DNA of 64,000 nt from Acidimicrobiia bacterium (GTDB lineage: Bacteria > Actinomycetota > Acidimicrobiia > Acidimicrobiales > SZUA-35). The stretch spans positions 2,476-66,475 of the forward strand of contig JAOTVU010000001.1 in NCBI GenBank assembly GCA_029863385.1. Direction: 5' to 3'. Within the stretch, counting starts at the first letter, position 1. Every line of letters begins with the position of its first letter. A program made the translations under genes and the position numbers. The notes beneath the pieces were generated by a model. It was not told the origin of the DNA and did no database searches. It saw nothing but the letters and a program-made list of their open reading frames with translations. Of this stretch, positions 27,230 to 35,433 are shown piece after piece.

Positions 27230-28732
27230 TCAGCCCGCCTCGTAGAGGGTAGCGGCGAGGTCAGAGCCGATGCTGACAGCGTCGAGGCCAGACCACGAGA
27301 CTCCCGACCAGGTCGCTCCCGACCACGTTCCGCCTGACCAGGTTGCGCCCGACCAGGTCGCCCCCGACCAGGTCGCTCCCGACCACGTTCCGCCTGACCA
27401 GGTTGCGCCTGACCACGTCGCCCCCGACCAGGTGGCCCCCGACCACGTTGCCCCGGACCAGGTCCCACCGGACCAGGTGCCTCCGGACCACGTGCCGCCG
27501 GCCCAGCTGTCGATTCCGGCCCACGAGGTGATCCCCAGTGCCGGTAGATGGACCTGGGTCGGGGCATTGACCGCCGCCGCAGCGTTCTCGGCTGCGGTGT
27601 CGGGGCGGACTTTGCCGGCTCCGTCGAGGAGGATGTTGTTCCGCTGGACGTCGTTGGCGTTCTGGACGAGCAGGTACTTGACCTGATCCGGAGAGAGCGT
27701 TGGCTCGGCCGACAGTAGCAGCGCCACCGAGCCTGACATGACGGCCGCAGCCTGTGACGTGCCGCTGCCCTTCATGAACCGCTCACCGACGGCGGCCTGC
27801 GGATACTCGCGGTCCAGGGTCGATCCTGGAACTCGGAGACTGACGATCGACTTGCCCGGGGCGACCAGGTCCGGGCTGCGCCCGGCGTTCCCGCCACTGG
27901 ACCAGGTTGCCACTCCGTCACGAACAGCCCGACCGTTCAATCCGCCGGTGGCGATCACGTAGGGGGACACCGCCGGGCTGTCGAGCCCGTTGCTCGAGTT
28001 CGTGCGATTGCCGGCGGCGACGACGACAACGATTCCGGCGTCCCACGCCCGCTCGACGGCGGCTGACAGGGGATCATTGAGATTCGACGGGATCCCCTCT
28101 CGGCCCAGCGAGAGGTTGAGGACCCGGATATTGAGCCCATCGGTGTTGCGGTGCTCGACGACCCAGTCGATGGCGGCGACGACCTGGGCGATGTGGGTCT
28201 CACCGGTGGCGCCGGCAACCTTCACCGAGACGATCCTGGAATCGGGGGCCATGCCCTTGAAACCACCCTCGACTCCGTCGTTGCCGGCGATGATGCCGGC
28301 CAGGTGGGTGCCGTGACCGTAGGTGTCGAGCGTGGCCAGATTCTGCAGCTCGCCCTCGTTCGACAGGTCAGGGCCAAACAGCACCTTGCCGGGCGCGTCC
28401 AGTCCCGGAACCGGGGCGACGCCGGTGTCGATCAATGCCACATCGATCCCCTGGCCGGTGTGGCCGAGCGCGGCCATCGGCTCGGCCTCGAACTGGCGGA
28501 CGAGGTCCATGGTGAGACCCTCCGAAGCAGCGCCATCACTTCCATTGTCCGGCTTGCCCAGGAAGGAGACCGAACCGGCCTCCTCGGCCGAAACGTAGGT
28601 CATCGTGGGAACAGCAAGCGTGGCCGCAACGATCAGCATCGTTGCCGTTGCGCCGGCGACACGACTCCATGCCCCTCGTCTGGAACGCCACATTCTGTGG
28701 CGGGCGGTACTGCTCGAAGGCTGATCGATCAT
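27230..28732 (-). CDS. secreted subtilisin-family (S8) serine protease with C-terminal [AG]TWSG pentapeptide-repeat tail
   Basis: Catalytic triad blocks VALIDTGV (D), HGTHLAGIIAG (H), GTSQAAAVMSG (S). N-terminal RR-containing signal plus TM. 14 tandem TWSG-type units at the C-terminus. Confidence 0.9.
   Translation of the reverse strand: MIDQPSSSTARHRMWRSRRGAWSRVAGATATMLIVAATLAVPTMTYVSAEEAGSVSFLGKPDNGSDGAASEGLTMDLVRQFEAEPMAALGHTGQGIDVALIDTGVAPVPGLDAPGKVLFGPDLSNEGELQNLATLDTYGHGTHLAGIIAGNDGVEGGFKGMAPDSRIVSVKVAGATGETHIAQVVAAIDWVVEHRNTDGLNIRVLNLSLGREGIPSNLNDPLSAAVERAWDAGIVVVVAAGNRTNSSNGLDSPAVSPYVIATGGLNGRAVRDGVATWSSGGNAGRSPDLVAPGKSIVSLRVPGSTLDREYPQAAVGERFMKGSGTSQAAAVMSGSVALLLSAEPTLSPDQVKYLLVQNANDVQRNNILLDGAGKVRPDTAAENAAAAVNAPTQVHLPALGITSWAGIDSWAGGTWSGGTWSGGTWSGATWSGATWSGATWSGATWSGGTWSGATWSGATWSGATWSGGTWSGATWSGVSWSGLDAVSIGSDLAATLYEAG
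27287..27529. repeat. 15-bp coding tandem repeat (about 14 regular plus 2 degenerate units)
   Basis: Plus-strand units such as GACCAGGTCGCTCCC / GACCACGTTCCGCCT / GACCAGGTTGCGCCC repeat head-to-tail. They are in frame within the S8 protease and encode [AG]TWSG. Confidence 0.85.
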
Positions 28733-28952
28733 GTCGGCTCCTGGATCTCGGCTGTTGATCCGGATGCCGGTTTCGCCACTCGCTCCCCGAACCGTCAGGC
28801 GACCATGTACGACGATTCGGATCAGTGCTTCATCCGCTTGCCCAATGACATCGGCCAACAAGCACCCGGAACTTGAGCGTTTGAGCGAAAAATCTTCGAC
28901 CGGCATCGTTGAATCCCGGGCAAGAACCGAGTGGCCGCGCGATCCTGGTGGT

Positions 28953-30296
28953 ATGGCTCCTGCACCTCCCCGACCGCCGATCCACAGGCAGGCGCCGCTG
29001 TTGGTGAAGATGTTCTCGGACCCCCAGCCTGTTCTCGATCAGTTGCGGGCCGAGTACGGGCCGGTGGTCGGCCTGGGATTCGGCCCGGCCAAGATGGCCA
29101 TTGTCGGTGGGCCCCAGGAGGTGCGGAGCCTCTTCACCCGCCCGGTCGAGGACTTCCGGTGGAATCACAAGTTCAATGCGCTGGCCGTCGTCGTCGGCCA
29201 GAAATCGATGATCACCTCCGACGGCGACGACTGGGCCCGACGCCGGGCGTCGGTGCAGTCCGCCTTCAGCCGGCGACGTCTGAACGGCTGGATCCCCATG
29301 ATCCTCGAACAAGCCGACGCCGCCATCGACGCCCTGCCAGCTGAAGGCACCCACGAAATCGACCTGTACCAGGTGGGACGAGCGGCAATCCTCGAGATCG
29401 TGGTTCGAGCCTTCTTCGGCGAGTCGATGGCCGACAGGGCCGCCCGATTCGGGGAACTGATGCAGGGCCCCCAGGACTACCTGGAGCTGCCGGCGTGGAG
29501 GCAGCTCCCACATCCGTTCCCGATCGGCAAACGTGGTCGGGTCAAGGCCGACCGTCGTGCGTTCGACGACCTCGTCCGGCAGGCCATGGCCTCGATCCGT
29601 GCGAATCCGTCGGGTGATCCCAATGACGTGTTGGAGGTGTTGGTCCACGACGACTCGGTGTGCGAGGAGGAGATCCTCGACCAGGCCAACACCCTGGTGG
29701 GCGCCGGGTTCGACACCACCGCCGCGTCGCTGGCGTGGATGCTGTGGTGCTGCGGCCTGGCCCCCGACATCTGGGCCGCACTACGGGTCGAAGCCGACGA
29801 GGTCCTCGCCCCGCCCGGGCACGACCACGACGCCGCCGACCACACAACCCTCAACCGGCTCGAAATCGCGGACCGCGTCATGCGTGAAACGCTGCGCCTC
29901 CACCCCGCCGGCGTGATCAGCCCCCGGGAAGCAGCCCGCGACATCGAGGTGGGCGGGTACACGATCACCGAGGGCACCCTCGTCCTGTGGTCGGCCCACC
30001 TGTGCGGCCGCGACCCGGACGTGTGGAACGACCCGCTCGACTTCGACCCCGATCGCTTCGACGACATGACCGAGGATCAGCGGGCGGCCGCCGACGCGGC
30101 GTGGGTTCCCTTCGGTGGCGGCCGACGCAACTGCATCGGTTTCGCGCTCGCCCAGATGGAACTCACCCTGCTGATCGCCAGGTTCGCCCAACGACTCGAC
30201 GTGACGCCACCGGCCACAGGCAAGCCCGGGCCGGTCGGCATGGTCGTCAACCGCCCACGAGGCGGCGTCCCCTTCCACGTCACCCGCCGCTCCTAG
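28953..30296 (+). CDS. cytochrome P450 monooxygenase
   Basis: I-helix VGAGFDTTA, ExxR (ETLR), heme loop FGGGRRNCIGFALAQME. Start taken at ATG 28953. Confidence 0.9.
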   Translation: MAPAPPRPPIHRQAPLLVKMFSDPQPVLDQLRAEYGPVVGLGFGPAKMAIVGGPQEVRSLFTRPVEDFRWNHKFNALAVVVGQKSMITSDGDDWARRRASVQSAFSRRRLNGWIPMILEQADAAIDALPAEGTHEIDLYQVGRAAILEIVVRAFFGESMADRAARFGELMQGPQDYLELPAWRQLPHPFPIGKRGRVKADRRAFDDLVRQAMASIRANPSGDPNDVLEVLVHDDSVCEEEILDQANTLVGAGFDTTAASLAWMLWCCGLAPDIWAALRVEADEVLAPPGHDHDAADHTTLNRLEIADRVMRETLRLHPAGVISPREAARDIEVGGYTITEGTLVLWSAHLCGRDPDVWNDPLDFDPDRFDDMTEDQRAAADAAWVPFGGGRRNCIGFALAQMELTLLIARFAQRLDVTPPATGKPGPVGMVVNRPRGGVPFHVTRRS

Positions 30297-31576
30297 CAGG
30301 GTGCTGGAATTCGGTTCTGGTGCTCGCGTTGTGGGCGGGGATCGAAAATACTGGTGGGATGCGAGGCAAACCGGATCCCCAGTCGGCAATGTTGACCACG
30401 GTGAGCACCGAGGAGTTGATCCCGGCTGATCACCCGATCCGGCGGATCCGTGTCGTTGTTGACGCCGTGCTCGCCGAGCTGGACCCGGTCTTCAACGAAA
30501 TGTACGCGTCGCGTGGTCGCCGGTCGGTGCCACCGGAGACGTTGTTGAAGGCCACGGTGTTGATGGCGATGTACTCGATCCGTTCCGAGCAGGCCTTCTG
30601 CGAACGGCTCAACTACGACTTGTTGTTCAAATGGTTCTTGGACATGCGGATCGACCAGCCGGCGTTCGACGCGACCACGTTCACCAAGAACCGCAAGCGT
30701 CTCTTGGACCACGATGTAGCGGATGAGTTCTTCGCCGCGGTGGTCCGCCAAGCCAAGCTGCGCCGCTATGTGTCATCGGATCACTTCTCGGTTGACGGGA
30801 CCCTGTTGAACGCGTGGGCGTCACACAAGTCGTTCAAACCCAAAGACGAGCCACCGTCGGACCCGCCGGCCGGCCGCAACAGTGAGGTCGGCTGGCGGGG
30901 CCAGAAACGGTCGAACGACACGCACGCCTCGACCACTGATCCCGAGGCCCGCTTGTATCGCAAATCCAGCAACACCCCAGCCCAGCTGTGTTATGCCGGG
31001 CATCTGTTGATCGAGCACCGCTCGGCGTTGATCATGGAGGCCGAGCTCACCACCGCGGACGGCTACGCCGAACGGGCAACCGCGCTCGAGATGCTGGATC
31101 GGCTTCCCGCCTCGAAGCGGCGGCGGACGGTTGCTGGTGACAAGAACTACGACACCAAAGGTTTCGTGGCCGATGTCCGAGCACGCGGGTTCACCCCTCA
31201 TGTCGCCCAGAACGTCAGCGGGAACCGGAACTCAGCCATCGATGGCCGCACAACCCGACATCGTGGACACGCGGTGTCCCAGCGGATCCGCCAACGAGTC
31301 GAAGAACCCTTCGGCTGGATCAAAACCATCGGCGGCGGACACAAGCTGCGTTACATCGGCCGGCAACGCAACCGGGCCTGGTTCAAAATGAACGCTGCGG
31401 TCTACAACCTGATCCGAATCACCGCCCTCGACGCTCAACCAGCCTGACCAGACCCGCCGCCGGCACCAGCATCGGCCCGGCTCCGCAACCAACACAAACG
31501 GCCAGACAACAACACACACATCTCTGGAAGATCGACGGCGACCAACGCCGCCAACCTTCCAAAGTTCAGCACCCTG
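30297..31576 (+). mobile_element. IS5/IS1182-family insertion sequence (about 1.28 kb) flanked by CTAG
   Basis: Terminal inverted repeats CAGGGTGCTGGAATTCGG (left) and CAGGGTGCTGAACTTTGG (reverse complement of right end). CTAG at 30293-30296 and 31577-31580. A single transposase ORF lies inside. Confidence 0.85.
30359..31447 (+). CDS. IS5/IS1182-family DDE transposase
   Basis: 362 aa. InsH-type N-terminal domain (HPIRRIR..LLKATVLMAMYSIRSEQAFCERLNYDLLFKWFL) and DDE region (VAGDKNYD). The track ORF's 5' extension overlaps the P450 and was trimmed. Confidence 0.9.
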   Translation: MRGKPDPQSAMLTTVSTEELIPADHPIRRIRVVVDAVLAELDPVFNEMYASRGRRSVPPETLLKATVLMAMYSIRSEQAFCERLNYDLLFKWFLDMRIDQPAFDATTFTKNRKRLLDHDVADEFFAAVVRQAKLRRYVSSDHFSVDGTLLNAWASHKSFKPKDEPPSDPPAGRNSEVGWRGQKRSNDTHASTTDPEARLYRKSSNTPAQLCYAGHLLIEHRSALIMEAELTTADGYAERATALEMLDRLPASKRRRTVAGDKNYDTKGFVADVRARGFTPHVAQNVSGNRNSAIDGRTTRHRGHAVSQRIRQRVEEPFGWIKTIGGGHKLRYIGRQRNRAWFKMNAAVYNLIRITALDAQPA

Positions 31577-31684
31577 CTAGACGCCGATCCGGAGGTATCG
31601 ACGGCGGCAAGCCGCTACGAGTTTGCGTTTCGCAAACTCTCTGGCTGTCCCGGCGTGCCCTGGAGATCGATTTTTCCGCCGCTC

Positions 31685-33025
31685 CTAGGGGCAGAGTTCG
31701 CCCTGCCCACCACCGCGGGCGCAGATGAACGTCACTTCGACCGATTTCAGGGTCATGGGCCCATCAGCGACCTCGGGAGGCGTGATGAACAGGTGCAGCC
31801 GTTCACCCATTACCGAGTCGTCGTAGAAGCCGATCACGTCATAGGTGATCTCGTTGAGGTCGCCCCTGCGGGGCCCGTCGACAAGGACGACGCTCAGATC
31901 GCCGTCGACGAAGCGGGTCCGGGCCTCGACCACGATGTCACCGATCTGGGTGCCCGTTTCAGCGGTCGGGATCTTGCCAACCGCAGCCACCACCTCACTG
32001 GTCACATCGACGGTGCCGGCCAGCGGGGCGACATAGCCGGAATGGACCCAGCCGATCGTGTCGCCGGTGTTGATCTCGTACCACACCGAAGGCGGCGTCC
32101 CGACCAGCCGCTCCCGGCCGCTGAAGCGGAGCCCCATCGCCAACGGCTCGAGCGTATCGACGATGGTCTGGCGAGCACCGGGCAGAGCCCGCACGTTCAG
32201 AACATCGTCGGCCTCGACACCGACCACTCCCAGCACGGCCCCGGGGGGCAGAATGCCATCGAATGGTTCGCCCGGCAGTTGGGCGGCCACCGCGGCCTTC
32301 CAATCAGCCCGCTCGACTTCGATGCAGTCGGCCTGCAGAAAGGCCCCGAACTCCTGGCAGCTGCCTTCGAGTTCGTAGCGAACCAGGTCGATGCCGGCGA
32401 ACTGGAACGCCGTGGCGTCAAGCTGACCGAGCAGAGAGCCGCTGCCACAGCTGGACCCGGCATTCGACATCCCGGGCACGGCCCGGAAGTCGTCGAAGTC
32501 GACAACCAGAACGTCACCGTCGGTGGTCGTCGAACGCACCATTCCCGCCGTACTCCGGGAGAAGAACGAAAATGCTCCGGCCGAGACCTCGGAACTCGTA
32601 GGGCCTTTGACCAGTTCGTCAAAGGCGTAGCGTACCGGATCGGCACCGGCCGGCACCGAGCGGGTCCAGCCCTCGACCGAGGCGCATTCGTCGGGATCGC
32701 CGTCACTGAAGAACACCTTGACCTTGGTCACCTGGGGCCTGGTTACCGGACGCGCGGACGTCGTGGTGGTCGTCGAGCCGGTGGTCGTCGAGCCGGTGGT
32801 CGTCGAGCCCGCGATCGTCGAACCCGTGGTCGTCGAGTCCGATGTGGAGGTCGATTCGCTGATCGACGTGTTGTCGGCGGTATCAGTGGTCGTCGCGGCT
32901 TGATCTGCCTCATCGGATGTTCCACAAGCACCGACGAGAAGCACCAGAACCATCAGGGGGATCAAGGAGGGGTTGAACAGGCTGCCAATCGGCCGAGATC
33001 CAATCGGCCGGAATAGAGTACTCAT
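31685..33025 (-). CDS. lipoprotein with GerMN-like and bacterial SH3 domains
   Basis: Lipobox LLVGACG, T/S-rich linker (TTGSTTTGSTTTG), VKVFFSDG..ELVKGPTS (GerMN-like), and VNVRALPG...WYEINTGDTIGWVHSGYV (SH3b-like). Confidence 0.7.
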   Translation of the reverse strand: MSTLFRPIGSRPIGSLFNPSLIPLMVLVLLVGACGTSDEADQAATTTDTADNTSISESTSTSDSTTTGSTIAGSTTTGSTTTGSTTTTTSARPVTRPQVTKVKVFFSDGDPDECASVEGWTRSVPAGADPVRYAFDELVKGPTSSEVSAGAFSFFSRSTAGMVRSTTTDGDVLVVDFDDFRAVPGMSNAGSSCGSGSLLGQLDATAFQFAGIDLVRYELEGSCQEFGAFLQADCIEVERADWKAAVAAQLPGEPFDGILPPGAVLGVVGVEADDVLNVRALPGARQTIVDTLEPLAMGLRFSGRERLVGTPPSVWYEINTGDTIGWVHSGYVAPLAGTVDVTSEVVAAVGKIPTAETGTQIGDIVVEARTRFVDGDLSVVLVDGPRRGDLNEITYDVIGFYDDSVMGERLHLFITPPEVADGPMTLKSVEVTFICARGGGQGELCP

Positions 33026-33339
33026 TGCGATCACACTCCAAACCAAGCCCACCGGACGCTTCACTCTGAACCGCCGGATGCTTTCCTGTTTTGACGGTAC
33101 GACTGCGCTGAAATGCCGACCAGAGGCGAAGGTCAACACTGTGTTTCGAACGCCCCGTCAAGCCCCGATCGAAGGTGGCGCCCGAGGAGCCGACCGTTTC
33201 GATTCGCAGTGCGCCACAAGACGATCCTGCTTACCCCCCCGGCGCGAAAAACGGGGCCGGCCATATGACCGACCCCGCTTTCACGAACCTGTTGGTCTCG
33301 ACCCTACTGATCGGGCAGACTGTGGCCGGCGGCGTCGAT

Positions 33340-34350
33340 TCAGGGGTCGACGTCGAGGTCTCGGGGACCAACGAGGCTGTGTAGCTCGCAGCTTCCCTCC
33401 GCCAGATCCTTCCAGGAGTGACCCTGGTTGACGAGGATGGCAAGCGCTCCCGTGGGGAGATTGTCCGAAAGGCGATGCAGGTCCTCCTCGGCACCGCTGC
33501 CGATGAGGTGTTGGGCCAGTATCTGCAGTCCCGGGTTGTGGGCGATCAGCATGACTTTCCGCACGTCGTCGGGGGTACGGCGCAGCCGGCTCAGCATCGT
33601 CTGCGGACCGGCGTGGTACAGGCCATGATCGTACCTGACCTCCAGGTCCTCTCCGAGGCCGGGCCGAACTCCTTCCAGCGTCTGGCGGGTCCGCAACGCC
33701 GGCGAACAGTACACCAGGCCCGGATGGATATCGGCCCGCCGGAAGTACCTGGCCATCGTCTGGCAGGCCCGCTCGCCCCGCGGAGCCAGAGGCCGATCGA
33801 AATCGGCGAGGTCGGGATCCGACCAGCTCGACTTGGCGTGGCGGAACAGGTAGACAAGGCGAGGCGCCTCGGTGGCCTCGGTGGCCATGGTGGCCTGACG
33901 ATGGGCAACCCGCTGCGGTGGCGGATCGACAAGCTGTGGCAGGCCGGCAATGAGTTGGCCAAGCTCCTTGTGACCGGCTTCGTTGGCGGCCTCGTCCACC
34001 GGGAGCCAGCGTCGGCGGCGAAAGCTCGACTCCGGCCACTCCGGCAGCTCGTGGTGAACCAACATCGGGTACACCTCCACCTCACATGTCCCTCCCCATT
34101 TTCGATAGCGATACCGGCCGAGAGGTGTGACTCCGACGTCGCCCTCGACCCCGGCCTCCTCTGCCGCTTCGGCGGCCGCCGATGCGGCGGGGCTCAGGCC
34201 CGGCTCGACGATTCCCTTCGGCACCACCCAGCGTTTGCCCCCTGACGACGAGATGATCAGCACGTCGAGCTTCCCGTCCTTCCAGCGGTAGGGAACGACC
34301 GCTGATTGGCGGTAGATCCATGCCGGATAGGGCGTCGTGGACATGGTCAT
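33340..34350 (-). CDS. bifunctional Nudix hydrolase / histidine-phosphatase (MutT1-like architecture)
   Basis: Nudix box PKGIVEPGLSPAASAAAEAAEEAGVEG. C-terminal RHAKS..RPLAPRGE histidine-phosphatase (SixA/PGM-type) motif. ATG 34350 follows GAAGGGGG. Confidence 0.85.
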   Translation of the reverse strand: MTMSTTPYPAWIYRQSAVVPYRWKDGKLDVLIISSSGGKRWVVPKGIVEPGLSPAASAAAEAAEEAGVEGDVGVTPLGRYRYRKWGGTCEVEVYPMLVHHELPEWPESSFRRRRWLPVDEAANEAGHKELGQLIAGLPQLVDPPPQRVAHRQATMATEATEAPRLVYLFRHAKSSWSDPDLADFDRPLAPRGERACQTMARYFRRADIHPGLVYCSPALRTRQTLEGVRPGLGEDLEVRYDHGLYHAGPQTMLSRLRRTPDDVRKVMLIAHNPGLQILAQHLIGSGAEEDLHRLSDNLPTGALAILVNQGHSWKDLAEGSCELHSLVGPRDLDVDP

Positions 34351-34746
34351 CTCAGGACCCCCTTCGATCCCTGGTGGAGCCGTTGTCGATGATCGTAGAG
34401 GTCGAATCGGCCGGACGTCACGTCCTTGGACCACGGCGGTTCGGCGCCATCATCTCCATTCCGTCGCCGGCCTCTGGGCGCCGTCGGAGCCGGTCTCCGT
34501 CATCCACGCCGGGTTCACGAAACGGGGCTGGTGGGGTACGATCCCATTACCGGCGCTCCGGATGACTCGGGGCCCTTCAAGGTAAGCAACGGCATCCAAT
34601 CCGACCTCGGCGAAGAAGCGGAGGTGAACTGATGTTGCCCAGCGCCCAGGAGATACGTTTTCGCCTCGTCCAAGGAGCCCACCATCGCCTCTTCGGGTGA
34701 GCACTCAACGCCAGGACAGCCACCGCGGCCCGTTGCCGGGGAGACC

Positions 34747-35385
34747 GTGCACGTCACACCGACGTCGCCTGACGGTTTCGCAACCGGGAGCCTCCGATCG
34801 AGAGTCGCCGTTGCCGGCTTCGCCTTCATCGCCGCCACCGTCTCAGCCGTGAGGGCGGTTCGTACCGGACTCGACGGCGGCTCGACCGGCGTTGTCCTCG
34901 CCGCCGTGGCGTCTCTGCTTGCCCTACTCGGTGCAGCGGCCGCCTTTCGGTCGCTGCGGTTGGCCGCCCTGCTGCTCGCGGGCCCACTCCTGTTGGAGCT
35001 GCTCGTCCTCGACAGGTACGGCAACGTCGCTCCCCCACGACTGATCAACGCGATACCCCTGATGTTTGCGCTCGCACTGGCTCTCGTCTTCGGTCGATCG
35101 AGTACCGGGCGATCACCGGCACGGGGATCACATCTGCAGAAGATAGTGACAATCGTCGCACTGGCACTCATGGCGCCCATTGGTTTCGCCTACCTCGTCA
35201 CCGGCCTGATTGCGCCGGTGCCGGACGTCTACGGCGCCTACGCCATCTTCGCCTTGCTGCTGGGTGGCGCCGTTTGGCTGGCCCGCCGGCGCAGTTGGTG
35301 GGTGGTGGCCGTGCCCATCGTGTCCGCCGGCATCTGGCAACTCATGATCTGGGCCGGCGAGACCTACCTCGACTGGTCAGCCTGA
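34747..35385 (+). CDS. polytopic membrane protein (hypothetical)
   Basis: 212 aa with 5-6 hydrophobic helices and G/C-biased third codon positions. GTG start uncertain. Confidence 0.55.
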   Translation: MHVTPTSPDGFATGSLRSRVAVAGFAFIAATVSAVRAVRTGLDGGSTGVVLAAVASLLALLGAAAAFRSLRLAALLLAGPLLLELLVLDRYGNVAPPRLINAIPLMFALALALVFGRSSTGRSPARGSHLQKIVTIVALALMAPIGFAYLVTGLIAPVPDVYGAYAIFALLLGGAVWLARRRSWWVVAVPIVSAGIWQLMIWAGETYLDWSA

Positions 35386-35433
35386 CACGCCAGTGACATC
35401 AAACCCCGTGACCGCCACGGCCAACCCGTTCCG

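Noticed and set aside
27287-27529. Regular short repeats, considered as a possible CRISPR array
   Set aside because: The units are 15 bp, directly abutting with no spacers, and are in frame inside the S8 protease, where they encode TWSG pentapeptides.
33175-33384. 69-aa plus-strand ORF (or 39 aa from an internal ATG) between the lipoprotein and the Nudix gene
   Set aside because: It overlaps the 3' end of the Nudix-phosphatase gene, has no motif and only a weak SD. It cannot be supported from sequence alone.
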